From: the human T2T-CHM13v2.0 reference genome, Homo sapiens
DNA: 64,000 nt
Assembly (NCBI RefSeq): GCF_009914755.1
Contig: NC_060940.1
Strand: one strand, 5' to 3'
Positions within the stretch are counted from its first letter, which is position 1; every line of letters begins with the position of its first letter. Positions 41,336-55,474 of this stretch are shown here, in pieces. A model generated the notes under the pieces. That model had not been told where the DNA came from. It did not search any database and saw nothing but the letters and a program-made list of their open reading frames with translations. The translations under genes and the position numbers were made by a program.

Positions 41336-44300
41336 TTTTCTCAAATAGCCATCGACATCTAGTTGTTTTGACTTGTTATTCAAGGAGGTCAGTCCAAGGA
41401 AACTAGATTCCCCACCTTCTATAATTTCAGCATCCCCTCTCATTGAAGACAGGAACCACGTTTAACATCAATGAGTCCTGTGGGAATAAAGACTGACAGG
41501 GAACCAAACAGCAAAAGGGAAGACTTACCTCAGTTTATTTATGGGGATTTATATACTGCAAACTAATACTCTATTTCACTGGAATATTTGTGTTTATGAA
41601 GACATCCTGATGAACGAGACTTTTTTTTTCAGTTCATGAAATTTTCACCATAAAAGAACCCTGAATTCCTATTTTGAAATCCATTGTGCCATTTTTATTC
41701 TGCCTGTATTTGAATATAGCATCAATATTTAACTACTCATTAAATGAATTGTGACTTTTATAGTGAAAATGTCAGTCTTTGCAGTTCATTAGATTCATTT
41801 AAAGCATAGCTGCTTGATATTTTTTTTCCCTGGAAGAATAAAAGAACTGTGAATTGAAGACATAAACTTTAAATTTAAGCATGTGTTTTCTTCAAAATTA
41901 ACATTCAGGATCTGTAACATTATTCATGAGATTGAGGGGCTGTTTGCATCTTTCTGCATTTACTTAGTGACTGTCGTCTTTTATGGAGTATAGAGCTGTT
42001 TATCACAGTTGGATATGACCAGTGGAATGTCACTGTGGACATTAAGATGCCATAAGCTATTATGAATCTCTACAATTCTGCATGTAGTATTAAAAACATT
42101 ATCTTGAACTATGGCATCAGAAAAAATAAACCCTGGAAGATGTCAAATTTAATAACTCACTGAATCCAATAGGGCCTAAAAGTGGTCTATTTGAGTTTTA
42201 AAAAATAATTCTGATAAGACTTTAGACTGCCTGAAAGAAAATGATATATTAAAAATGGAATTTGAGAAATGAATTCAAATGAATTTTTTAGATGTTTGCA
42301 ATTCTTTCTTCCTAAAATTACTATGATTTACATGTATGGAGCAGTAAATGCAAATGATTTCCAATCACCACGGGTACGTGTACTCAATTACAAAGTCTCT
42401 TAATGAGCATTGAAAAGATTTCAGCATTCACTGAACAAGACATAAAGCAAATGAACTCTTCAGTGCCCTCCCCTTCCCACAGAGGGCTGAAAGGGACTCA
42501 CTCTTGTTACAAGAACACGGCCACTCCTCCCTCTCTTCCTCTTCCCAGTCCATCCCTCACCCCAGTTTCAGCCACCATCCAAAAAGAAATCGCAGCATGG
42601 CCCTTGAAGCACATTGAGCTTAAAAGTGCCTAGAAGATAAAGCCTAAACTTCAGCACGACAGGCAAGACCTTTCAAAATCTGGCCTCGACCATCCTCTCT
42701 GGGTCTCCTTTCTGAGAACCCCTATTTTCTGCCTTTTCACAACTCCACACTTATGCATGATGCTGTTTTCCCTCCCTGGCTCACCCACCCCAGTGTTCTT
42801 CTTCTGTGATGGTAACCTCCCCAGAAAGTCTCTTGAGCTAGAGTGATCATTATTAAATTAAAAAAAAAAAAATCCTACTTTGTTCTATTCTGATTTCAAA
42901 AACCTGAAAGGCAAGATATTTGAGGGAAAAAAGAGAATATTGTTTTGTTGCTTTTTAAAAAATAAATTTGCAGGTCCTGACAATCCCGTGCTTTGTGTGT
43001 GCTGATCACACTGCAATCTAATCAGGTACAGTAAATAAAATGACTTGAGAACCTTTCTGACGAATGCAAAGGCTGATGATATTTTGTGGGTGGAGGGCTA
43101 TTCATGTATCTTCTTTGAGTATACTAAAGATCCATTTAATTAAGTTTGGGGAGGGGGGTTCTCTATCTTTTCCTCTGTCCTTTTTTCCTGAAGCTCTCCT
43201 ACTGGAAAGGGAATGGAAGAAAACCTTATGTGGAGTCCGGAGTGCCTACCTAAATTACTAAGACAATAAAGGACATACAAAAGAAGATAATCAAATGTTA
43301 CTTTGGGTACTTGAACACTTGCTAAGAGCATGCATCCTGCAGTCAGTAACATTACCATCTATACTCAGAGGGCAAACGCTAATTTCAAATCCAGAGCAAT
43401 GTCAAGGATTTATCACTGCAACCCAAAGTATCTTTGCTATCAAAGACAGTGGGGGCATGAACTACAAAGGCAATAACTAAAAAGAGGGGCTCATCTCACA
43501 CCTCTACTCCTCTCCAATATTGGGAAGTCCATTTGAGTTCTAGAGAGTGCACATGCCAAAATGCAAGTGCGTGCATGCCTGCGTACACACACACACACGC
43601 ACACCATTCCAACATTTTCCCATATTTTGTCCACTCCCTCTCTTCCTTGTTATGGGTAGCAGCAGTGATAATGCACTTTAATGGAAACCTGCCTAATGAA
43701 CCCAAAAGGAAAACGATTAGGAAAAAAATATGCAATACATCGCATTGAAAGGTGCCCATAATTAAATTACTTGTTACCGTTTTTAAATAGTGCAAATATT
43801 AGTATGCCCACAAAGAACTAAAGGTTTGTTTGTTTTAATCTAGATCTTCCAGAATTGGCTGTTCAGGAACTGCCCATGTTGCCCAAAGTAGCTACTTTTT
43901 ATAAGAATTTCCCACTGCCTTTGAAATATTCTCTGACATTCCCATTGGCTTAAGTATTCTCATACTTTTCTGCCTAAATTTGTAGTTTCCCAAGTTTAAT
44001 TACCCCAGAACAATCTGGTCATCAATAACCAAATAAAAGAGGATGGTATTTTTTTCCCTCATAAATCTATTCATCAAGATTCGACCAAGCCTGCCTGGAA
44101 TGTCCAGCGAAAGCTTCAATAATCAGGGAGAAATGAGTTGCAGAAACTCAAAGAGAACAGAATAGCCAAGGCAGGAGATTACGAAGCCAGGAGATGAGGG
44201 CACACTGAATTAAACATTCTTAAGCAGACTTACATACATAATGAATTGGTCAATTCTGTCCAATGTTTCTGAAAGAGATTACCCTTCCAACAAGCCAAAT

Positions 44301-45742
44301 GAGTGTTCAAGGATGGTAGCTCGGATGGATTCCTGAACAAAATAAGTGTTAATCACTTTATCTCCCCCAATCTTTTTTGTGAAGAAGAGCAACTTTTCAT
44401 TTCCATAAAGCCTTGAAATCGTTGGTCGGCAGGGGATGGGGGTGGTGGGGGAGGGCTGGTTAGAGGATACAGACAATGAAGTCCCTGAAAAGGGGGATTT
44501 CCTGACAATAAACCCCTGATCAGAGCCAGAGAGGGGACATTGTTGTCTTCAGCACTCCCCTCTCCTTTGGGAATTCCAGGCGTAGTAGAGAGAAGAGGGT
44601 CACAGTGACAACTGCTTGGGAAGGCTCTAACCAGGTAGTCTTTGCGATTTTCTGTTTGGGAAAAGCTGGCCTACAACAATACATTTTCTTGGAATGTGTT
44701 CTTTTAAACAAATTGCTACAGACTTTCTTAAGACATCCTGTCAATTGTTCCAAAAATGTGTAATCAGCTTATGAAATCTTTAAGCAAAGAACATTAAATG
44801 TTAGCATAAAATCTCATAACTAGTTATGTATTGAGATTCTCCTACACACCAGGCACAGTGCTGGGCACTAAACACATAGCAGCGAACAAACGAAACACAG
44901 CGGTCACTACTGTCTGGAAATCACAGTTAGGAAAGACAAAACTGCTTCTTAAATCTCTGTGCACTCCATGCCAGACACAGTAGCCATTCCATAAATATTT
45001 GAGGAATGAATGAATAAAAAGACTTCAGAGCTTGAGGTTCATGTGACTCAAGATTTAAAAATAAAAAAATAAAAAAGTAAAAGAAAAGAAAAAGCTAGCA
45101 GGTATACTAGAACCAAACACACAAAATAATGAGCCAGAGTGTGCTCCCACAATATTAGGAGAAATGGAACAAGAAATCAAAACCCTCGACATATTGCTCC
45201 TATTTATTATTTTAATATCATCGTTGCACAGAACCAGTCATTGGTGGTGCTTTAACAATTCCTCCTAAATAGCTTTGTGACTTAGTCCAAGCACCCAGAG
45301 ACAGATGAGCCCCAATTCAGGCAAGTCCCCTGTTGAAGGACAACTATTTTCTCAAATGAACAAAGATCTTCTCTTCTCAATCCGCCAGATCACACAGCTT
45401 TATAAGTTTGAAAAGTCTTTTTGCTAACCTAGAGGTATTCTCTAACAGAAAGAGGGAGATGGAAAAAGAAAACATCTGCAAGGTGCTGAAACACGCGTAG
45501 ATTATTTTACCTGATCCAGGAGCCTCCTTCCCTGGTGACTACCTACTCCTCAGAATGAGTGCTGGCCTTCTTAGCTATTCTGGGGAACACAATGATGGAG
45601 GCTCCTTTTAGCTCCATCAGGCCCTAGAGAAATAACTGCCCTATATTTAGATAGATGCCCTTTGTAACAAAGGAATAATTCATCCCAGTTAGCACTTTCT
45701 AAATGACAGAACCAGAAAGTTTTCGAAAATATTCTTCTAGCT

Positions 45743-45935
45743 CAGTGGCTCTGAACCAGGGGACGTTCGGCAATATCTAAAGACATATTTTGTTGTCACA
45801 ACTGGGGGTGCTGCTGGCATCTAGTGGGTAGAGGCCAGGGATGCTGCTAAACCTCCTATGATACACAGGAAAGTTCCCCAAAACAAAGAACTATTTAGCC
45901 CAAAACATCAACAGTGCTGAGATGAAGAAATCCTG
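45743..45935 (+). mobile_element. MER20 hAT-Charlie element
   Basis: TTGTTGTCACAACTGGGGGTGCTGCTGGCATCTAGTGGGTAGAGGCCAGGGATGCTGCTAAAC. Confidence 0.93.
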
Positions 45936-48203
45936 CTTAAGTTATACATTAAATAAAGAACAGCAGGGCATCTACTGGTGACCCCAGATAGTTCTGTTAA
46001 AATATTCTGAAGTAGGATTCTTCTCCCAGAGTCTATGTTCAGCAACTTAACCAGATGTTAAAAACTGACCCGATCTTAGGATGTTAACAATATTTTAAAA
46101 TAATACTGATGGTAATGGTAACATTAATGAAATGCTTGGTATACAGAGAGTTATAGTGCATATTTACAATGACCCTATGTTGCAAATGTTATTAGTGTCC
46201 TCTAGAAGGTAACTGTATTAATCACATACAATAACTCTATGGAGTAGGTGGGTTTATAACCCCCTAGGAAGTGTGTGCTGTGGGCAAGACTTGATCTGTT
46301 TTTTTTTTCACCACCATCTGTCCAGCACCCAGCAGAGTGAAATCTCCATTTCAGAAATGATGATGCTGAGAGGCTCAGGAACATGCCAGAGATCACAGGG
46401 CCAATAAATGGTGGAACCCCAGTTCAAACCGGGCAGACTGCCTGGTTCCCTAGCCTCTCTCTCTCGCACCGTGCCAGCCGGCCAACTGCTTCATATGTGG
46501 AGTCATTGAAACCTATTAGACCTCTTGAGTCTAACCTTAGATAAGCAGAACCAACCTAAGGGGGAAGGAATTAGGCTGCTTTCCAAAGTTACCAAAAGTT
46601 TCCCAATATTCAAGAGACTGATTAAACAAACCAGTGACCCCAAGACAATGGTGAAGTACATTTGTATTGCCATGAGACACTTGAAAGCAATCTAAGAGGG
46701 TGGCTGGTTTTATAAGAGGTTAACTGCTTCTCAGTTTGAGCAAGACTCATGTGGCACCAGGCACTAGGCACCGGGCAGGCTTCCTGAAGCTAAAATGGCC
46801 ACTTTCTCAAAGGACAAATGCCCTGCATGAGTGCAGAAACTCTTTGCAACCACTAGGGAGCTAACTCAGGGATCATGGGATTTACATGTGGACCAGACAA
46901 CAACTTGGCCACCAGTCCAATGGATCCCCAGTGCCAAGTTAACCTTAGCACAGTCTTCGGGTAAAATCTAGATCAATGCTGATTATGTCAGGAGGTCAAC
47001 TTTCAGGAATTAATACTTTTTGAATGATAAGAGAGTGCAAACATTAATTTAAAGTCTCAGAGAGTATACTAATTTTCCTGTTTTCATCATTTCAGTAGAT
47101 TCTATAATTCTAGGGGGAAATATCCCATAAGAAATAAATTCTAGCAAGTACTGTAAATAAAGAATTGTATCCACCTTTATAAAAAGACTAAAAGAAGAAG
47201 AGATAAGAGCTTGTTTTTTAGTTTTACAATATTGACATAGTAGGCTTTATTTTTTTTTAAATGTGGAAATTTCCCTTTTAGAACGATAAGAATACTAGCC
47301 TGGACACTATACAAACATAGTCATTGTACTTATAAGTGCTTTAAGTATTTATTCATAGCCTGCCTTTCTCTACAAAGGAAGTGAGGTGACTTTTAAAAGC
47401 ATATGTGATTTTTAAAAGGTAAGTAACAGGTGAATCAAAGCAAGGAAAAAGTAAATTTGAGAAAATAATAAAGCCTAGATGGCCAGCACACAGGAATGCA
47501 TATCCTACTGCCCTAGACAGCTACTAAATGGGTTTCCTGTTTGACTCCAAGCTTCTTGGCCATCAATGCAAAGAAAGAACAAGAATGGTAAGATTAATGC
47601 CCAGTAAGATACAGCGAAGTGGATTTTTTTCAGTTCTTCTTGATATAGTAACCTAAGAAGATTCTCTGTAAATCATCATTTAAAAAGACACCATGAGGTG
47701 TAATGAGCTATACATTGTAAATAGAACTTTTTAAAAAAAATGATGTTCACGAAACTATTACTCATAATCCTCTCAATACAAAGTGAAGCCTTAATCAGTG
47801 TGCAATTCAATAAAGCAGAGAGGGCCTGTGAAGGCAACTGTGAAGTGGGGTGCCACATAATATGCCATCGTGAGCATTCAGCTCTCTCACAAGTCTGGCA
47901 GAAATCTCTTATCAAATTAGGTTATCTGGATGAACGGAAGGAAGCAAGGCATCTTCTTCATGCCATTCTCCTTAGATATATTATTTCTTCCAACAGATTT
48001 TATTAACACAAACTGGGCAGCAGGGACTTCAAGAAGGACAAAAATCCTGTGTCAAAACCATTACATATGTTGGCAACATTTATCATCAGGAAAAGCGTCC
48101 CAGGAAGTTGAATTCTAATGTATGTGTGGTGTTACAATGGAAATTTTAGTGTGCAACTGGAATCAGGCCATGAGTTTTGCCTGTCATCAAATGTATCTGT
48201 TAA

Positions 48204-48537
<334 letters not shown>

Positions 48538-50048
48538 CCTCTTTTTTTTTTTTCTTTTTTTTCTAACTACACCCTTCTCTTTTTCCTCTCTACAACTGAA
48601 TGGTCTTTCTCCCTGATATAAGAATCTTCTAGATCACTCCCATCCATTGCATTCTTCTTGGTCTTCTGTTATCACTCTTCTTACTCATCTTACTAGCTTT
48701 TAACTTGACTACGTTTTCCTTTACTTGGTTTCTGCCTTGGACTTCCACAAGCTTCACCCTAATAATCATGCAGCCTTGAAAAACATGGAGGAAGGAAAAT
48801 GCTGTCACCTGCCATCTTGTACCTGTTTAAAGCTCCACTGTTTTCAGTGTTTAAACTATGAAGAAAGGCTCCGATGATTTAAGCTGTATAGTCAAAACTA
48901 CAGTGTCTTCTAGGAATCTAGGATTGAGACAAGATGTAAAAAGAGGAACATGTAATATATTATTTTACCCCACTGGCAATTAGAAATCGTTAGCCAAAGC
49001 CAGGATTGGGGAGGATATTCGAAAAGTTATTAATGCAGACAGAGCAAGGCTTTTATGCCACCAAGAAAGTTATTTATTATAAACAATGGGTTTTGAGTCA
49101 CATGGACAATAGCTATTTTAAAAACAACGAATATATCCAGGAAAGGTGCAAAAATATAAAGGCAGGCAATCCTAGTTTGTGGTGCTGATCTATTACCACT
49201 GCAATGACTGTCAATAGTGACCCTGAGCAGAACTCAAACAGTTAAGAAAACTCACCACCTGTTTTCCAAGGAATTTTATTTTTGCTTAAGGTGGTAAGTT
49301 TGATACTAAATACGGAGGGTGTTCAATGTCAAGTTGAGGACATAGCAATTTACCCTGCAGGCCAGTGTTCCTAGTGTCTACTATTCATATTAGATTAACT
49401 TAAGTGGTGTATAAAAAACTTTTTAAAAGTTTAATAGCTATGCATTTATTGTATGGGTAATCTTTACACATTGCAAGCAATACAGGGTCGCCATATGCAA
49501 TGGTGATACAAATTAAAAAGTGGGTCAATGTAAAAAATTATAAATAATAGCAGTGATAGGTAGATACAGCAGAAATGAATGTGGCAAATCTGCGAACACA
49601 TTGCAAGACACTGGAAGTGTTCAGAAGGAAAATGGTAGCTGTCTAAGCTATCCTTTAGAAGATTAAACCAGAAGTAAAGCATAGATTCCATTGAAGGTGA
49701 GAAAAGATGACAAGCAGGGAGAGAGGCCTGGGCTAGGATACTGATGGCTGAAAGAAAAGAAAAAGATTATCAGAAGCATAATAAAGAAGACATGAAGACT
49801 CCCTGGACTAAGGGAATGAAAGAAGCCAAGTAATCTAAATTAATTTTGAAGTTTTGCACCTGGAAATACGGCACTGAAAAAAACAGAAATTCAAAGGGGA
49901 GTTTGGGGGGCAGTGGGGATACAGGTTGCCCTCTGGCTTATGCTGGATTTGAACTGACGGCAGACAGGGAAGCGGTCATAGCCTGGAGAGAGCCACTATG
50001 CAGGAGATGAGAAATGTAGATCACAGTAGAGATGAGGATTTGAGACCC

Positions 50049-50557
50049 TGGGGTAAATTGCAAAAATGGCCACAATTCTCCACACCTCTGTCTATCCATG
50101 CCCTTCTGTAATGTAATTTTGTGGCTCCTCCCATCAAGAAATGGATTCTGCGTCCTCTCCCCTAGAACCTGGGCTGGCCCAGTGACTTGCTTTAGCCAGT
50201 AGAATGTAGTAGAAGGAACAGTGTGCCATTTCTGGGCCTGGACTCAAGGGTTCTTGTGTACTTTCCTGCTGTCCGAAATACTGCCATCATGAACAAGCCC
50301 AGGCTGGCGTGCTGGAGGTGAAAGATACATGCCAGAGAACTGAGGGACCCCGGTGGACAGCCAGCCAACCTCCTGAAGCAAACCCTCCCTGCCAATCTGC
50401 AGTTGACTGCAAACACATAAGAGACCCAGAATAGGATAAGCACTGCCCTTCTGAGCCCAACCTAAATTGCTGACATGCAGAATCAGAAACAAAATATGTG
50501 TTTTTGAAGTCACAAAGTTTAGAGGCGGTTTATCACTCGCGATAGATAACTGGTACA
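50049..50557 (+). mobile_element. MaLR solo LTR (MLT1F/G/H-like) within L2 remnants
   Basis: AAAATGGCCACAATTC, GTGACTTGCTTTAGCCAGTAGAATG, TGAGCCCAACCTAAATTGCTGAC; ends GATAGATAACTGGTACA. Confidence 0.85.
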
Positions 50558-51084
50558 GACAACACGGGTCTGCCTAGAAAGTGAAAAACATACGAAGGCA
50601 AAACAGTAAGAGGTCAAGCTTTAGGAGGATATTCCCAATTCCTAGGAAGAAGGGGGAAAGCTGTAGACAAGACAACAGGGCAATGGCAATCAGAAACATT
50701 CAAGTATATAATATCAGGGAACCAGGAACATGGGGGCAGGGGACACAGAGGATAAAAGTGGGGGTAGGAGAAGTCAAGGACTCATCAGGGAAGTATAGCA
50801 CTGGGCTTAGCAGAGAATCTGCCTAGAGAAGGCACTGGTATTTTTGCATGAATGATTGAAGTTTGATCTGTCAAGGCAGAGCTCGCTGGAGAAGAGTGAG
50901 AAGACAGTGTCAGTAACGTAACAAGGAATAGAAGTGGTCTATGGAGTGTTAAGGAGGGCCTGGGTGGGAAAGATATGGAACCCTAGGTAAAGATTACTTG
51001 TTTGAAGAATCATTCAGAGAGATGTTGAAGACGAGGTCAACAGAGTTGGACAAAAGTGTAAATGTGAATGGTCCTTTCTCTAGG

Positions 51085-51230
51085 ACCCTACAATCACAAG
51101 TGTGGCTGGGACCATCCATGCCAGCATCACTTGGGAATTTGTTAGCAATGCCCACTCTCAGGCCCACCCCAGACCCACTACCTGTCTTTTATCCACATCC
51201 CCATGTGCCATTCAAGTTTGAGAAGCTCTG
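51085..51230. mobile_element. MER5A/B-like element
   Basis: CAGCATCACTTGGGAATTTGTTAGCAATGC...AGGCCCACCCCAGACC...AAGTTTGAGAAGCTCTG. Confidence 0.8.
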
Positions 51231-52245
51231 CTCTAGGAAGTACAAAGACAAGGAACTGAAGAGCATTTAATGACATCTTGAGAAAGTCATTCTGTTTTGA
51301 ATTCCCTTTCAATCCCCCAGATAAAATAACACAAAGTCTTGCCTTGGTACTAAGCCATCTTCGACACCTCCCTAACACTTGCAAATCTCCCTTTTCAACA
51401 GAGTTCAACAGAGAGCAGAGCCTTAGGCAAGCAAGGTCTCCAGTGAGATTTGAAAAACACTGTTTACACCCCTTTTGTGTTTATTTTTAGGATTTTCTTT
51501 TATGTGTGGAAAGCAATCAGGTTTTCCATTTGCAGTAGTCTTAATTTCACATTAATTTATTTAAGAGAAAAAAAGAGGTAAATAAAAATATGTAGCATAT
51601 AATAATGTGGATGCAAATGAGAAGACAGCAAAAGTTGTTACAAGTGAGGTGGCACTCAAAGCGAAGACTGGAAAATCTATAGTGGAAGTCAGAAGACATC
51701 TGGGCACATTTGAAGGTAGAAAGGCAAGAGACAGGAAAGATGGGAGCTGTTTGCAGAACAAAGAATATTCAACAGGCAGGAAGGACTGTTGGAAGGATTT
51801 ATCCCAGAGTAGAAGCTGCCCTCTCTGGGCCTGGAAGAAAGAAAGATCTGGTCCCTGAATGGGTGAGGATGACAAATCAGAGATCTAAGGCAGATAATAT
51901 CAAATTCTTCATAAGTAAAAGATTGGAGGTCCCCTCTAAAATGAGGGTAGGTTGGTTTGACTGGGACTGCAAAAGAGTATGAAAGACTTGGAATATCCAT
52001 TGTGGACAATGACCAAGAGAACAAACAGATGAAAAGGATTCCGCAGCAAAGGCCCAGGGACAGTCAGGCAGCATTAATTTTTAGTAAGGAAAATGGACAC
52101 AGTTTATCCCAAAGCTGAGAAATGAAACTCTAAGGCTGACACAAAAAATACAACAGCAAAGAAAGGGGGCAGAGGAGATTAGGTAGTAGTGGCAAGCATA
52201 GCTGACAAGTCCTCATAGTCAAGGTTACATACAAAGTCAAAGGTT

Positions 52246-52542
52246 GGCTAGGTGCAGTGGCTCATGTCTGTAATTCCAACTCTTTGCAGGGCCATGGCGA
52301 GAGGATCACTTGAGGCCAGGAGTTCAAGACCAGTCTGGTCAACATAGTGAGACCCCATCTCTACAAAAATATTAAAAATTAGCTGGGTATGGGGTGTGCA
52401 CTTGCAGTCCTAGCTACTCAGGAAGCTAAATCAGGAGGTTTGCTTGAACCCAGGAGTTTGAGGCTGCAGTGGCTATGATCACACCACTGCACTCCAGCCG
52501 GGGCAACACAACAAGACCCTGACTCTTAAAAAAAACAAAAAA
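52246..52542 (+). mobile_element. Alu SINE (AluJ-type)
   Basis: GAGGATCACTTGAGGCCAGGAGTTCAAGACC...CCCAGGAGTTTGAGGCTGCAGTGGCTATGATC. Confidence 0.96.
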
Positions 52543-53094
52543 GAGTTAATGGAAAAGGCCAGTAGACTGGACTCTGGGAACAAGATTCTCAGTGGATATA
52601 GGGATATAAGAAGTGAGAAATAAACTAGGTTTGATCAAAAAGGAAAAACATCATGTTTTTAAAAAACTGGTTTTTAAAATGTCAACTAAATATTAACTAG
52701 TGTTCAAAATTTTGTTACCAAGAGTTGGGACTTGATAAATGGCACTACAAAAACTCAGGAAAAATTTTGAAAAGAAGAGAAATTTGGGCCTAAAATGCAG
52801 GTAATCAATTAAAATTAGGACATAATGATGTGTGGTTCTTGCAAAGAACATAAATCACTGGGTATTTTAAGTGTGCCCAAAATAAAATCCCAAAACTGAA
52901 GAAAGGCCTGAAAAGATATAAATCTTATTACAGTGTGTCTCTCTCACCAAAAGAGGATCATCCAAGAAGCACATAAAAACTAAAACTTTGAAGTTTAGGA
53001 AAAACAAGAACACTACAGAGTATACATAAAATTTCAAACTTGGAGATACCCAAGAAGGGTTTCTCAGACCTCACCCATCGCTCACTCACACACA

Positions 53095-53550
53095 GCACAC
53101 TTGCTGAACTACCTGGTGTCCCTTCCTCTCCACTCACTCCTTCCACAGTAATTGAGAGTTTCACTGGGCACATGGCCAGCCACAATATAAAGTACATTTC
53201 CTGAGTACCCAAGTGTGGCCATGTGATGAAGGCTAGCCAGTGAGATATAAGCAAAGTGGCATGTGGCAGCTTCTGGAAACCTCCGTTTGCCCTTGATCCC
53301 CTTCAATCCCCTTCGTCCTTCTTGCTGGTCAAACCATGGAGGTTGACTAGAGGTCAACCTTGAGCCATAAGGATAAGGGTCACAGGATAGCTAGAGGCAG
53401 CTTGGCTCTTCAGTGTTTAAGAAGCCTCCATACTAGCCTTGGACTACTTCCCTCTAGATTTGGTTAGGGAAACAAGAAATGAGTATCTACTTCATTTAAG
53501 ACGTTGCTGTTCAAGATTTTTTCTATTACATGTAAGTTGAACCCTAATGT
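53095..53550 (+). mobile_element. MaLR solo LTR (MLT1J-like)
   Basis: GGCACATGGCCAGCC...ACATTTCC...GTGTGGCCATGTGA...GAGATATAAGCAAAGTG...TCTACTTCATTTAAG. Confidence 0.7.
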
Positions 53551-53944
53551 ACCCTCTTTGCTATTATGGGGGCCTCCTATTCCTTGACCATTTCTTCAAT
53601 GGCCTGAATAGTTGGATTAAAAGCAGTCACTTCAATACCACATTTCCCTCAACTCCTGTTCTCTCATCCCTGCCTAGGCAAAATCCACCACCAAGTCAGC
53701 TTCATAATCATTGTTCTCTTCCTGCCACCAACACATCAAATACTGATAAAAAAAATTAAAAATAAAATGTAAACTTAAACACTTCTAATAGGGATCATCA
53801 CAACTGTAGTCCAACTCCTTGAAAATGGACAAGTGACTTCACTGCTGCATTCCTATTGCCTAGAAGTGTCTGACCCATACTATGTCAACACATATTCACT
53901 CAAATACTAAACTACAACCAGATCTTCTGCTCAACAGTATTTTT

Positions 53945-54440
53945 ATTCATCTCTAGTTCACTTCTTACCACATTTTATGTGCCAGGCACTTCTCTAAATG
54001 TGAGATGTACCATGTGCATCAAAGTAAATACACCCCCTATCCTCATGAAGTTTACATTTCAGTGGAAAGAGATCAACAAGAGCAGATGAATAAATGAATA
54101 ATCAAGAAATTCAAATAGGGTACATGCTATGAACAAAATTATGAAGGTAGAGAGATATTAATTAGAGAGATGGGGAAAAGGATATTTTAGAAATTGAGAT
54201 TTTTTTAATGGTCAGGACATACTTGAAGGTGATATCTGGGCTCAGACATAGGTGCTGAGAAGAGGCCAGCCAAGTGAAGACATTTGGGGAGAGGGCTCTA
54301 GACAGAGAGAATATCAAGTTCAAAAAGATGGGATGAAGGCTGGTACCGTTAAAACACATAAAGCGAGGGTAGAGGGGAGGAGTGGTAAGAAAATGAGGTA
54401 GGAAAAGTACACAGGGATAGATCTCAGGCTTGTCAATCAA
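53945..54440 (-). mobile_element. L2a LINE 3' fragment
   Basis: TATGTGCCAGGCACTTCTCTAAATG...CCTCATGAAGTTTACATTTCAGTGG...GGTGATATCTGGGCTCAGAC. Confidence 0.8.
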
Positions 54441-54514
54441 TTCCCATGCCCATACATATTGTTCTCTCTCTCTCTCCTCTCTTCCCCAACATCTTTTCTA
54501 CTGAAATAGATATA

Positions 54515-54517
<3 letters not shown>

Positions 54518-54562
<45 letters not shown>

Positions 54563-54800
54563 GTGTATATATAGAACAAGATATATTTCTCACTCTATAT
54601 CCATACAGCCACTGAGAATCTTATTCCCATAGTCCAATCCACTGGCCCTTTTCCTTAACTCTTGACATTTTTAAGAGTCAAGGTCTTGCTGTGTTTCCCA
54701 GGCTGGAAGTGCAGTGGTGTGTGTGTCTGTGTGTGTGTGTGTGTACATATATATGTATATATACACATGTGTGCACATATTTACATATTTTATATATATA
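54518..54800. repeat. (TA)n of about 20 units, then a roughly 50-bp Alu fragment (54669-54718) running into (TG)n/(TA)n
   Basis: Direct reading; GGTCTTGCTGTGTTTCCCAGGCTGGAAGTGCAGTGGTGTGTG. Confidence 0.85.
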
Positions 54801-55474
54801 TGAATCTTCAGCCATCTTCCCTTTCTTTCCTATTATCACAAAGAAATAGTTACCAAGGCTTCATTTAAGGGCTAACTCTCCTTTATCTACAGTGTTCGTT
54901 CCAACAGCAACTGACCACCCAATCCATCATTCAATAGCTCTCTCACTCTCTCTCTAATCTCTTCTTCAAACATGTTCAGACATTGTCTTGAAAATATCTT
55001 CTCATTAGCCCCACTTCAAAATGTCACCCTCTACCTATACACACATATATGTATGTAAACACATACATATGCAAATGTACCGAGACACACACATACACAG
55101 TTTACTAGTACCTACTCAATACAACCTAGGATCTTTCACCAGACATTCTAGTGTCTCCACAGTTTGTTCTCAACCAACCACATCTCCCACCATGGAAAGA
55201 GAAAATCTCATATCCATAGAATATCCAGGTGACCTATAGGTTTCTTGAAGGCAGACCACATCCAATCTCAGCCTCAACAAGAAGGGCGTTCCTAATATAA
55301 ACAATATTTATGATATTTACATTACATAAGCACAGGCTCATTTTGGTTTCCACAAAGAATAATAATAAACATAGACAATGGAAATCCTCAGAAATCTTCA
55401 AAATCATCAAGCTTCACTCCAGTTAGCCGTTTCAATGGACTTTGCTTTCCTATCCTACACCCACATTCTCTCAT

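Noticed and set aside
53340-53360. 8-bp inverted repeat AGGTTGAC/GTCAACCT and similar 7-9 bp hairpins (near 3455, 9642 and 59909)
   Set aside because: Several are expected by chance in 64 kb.
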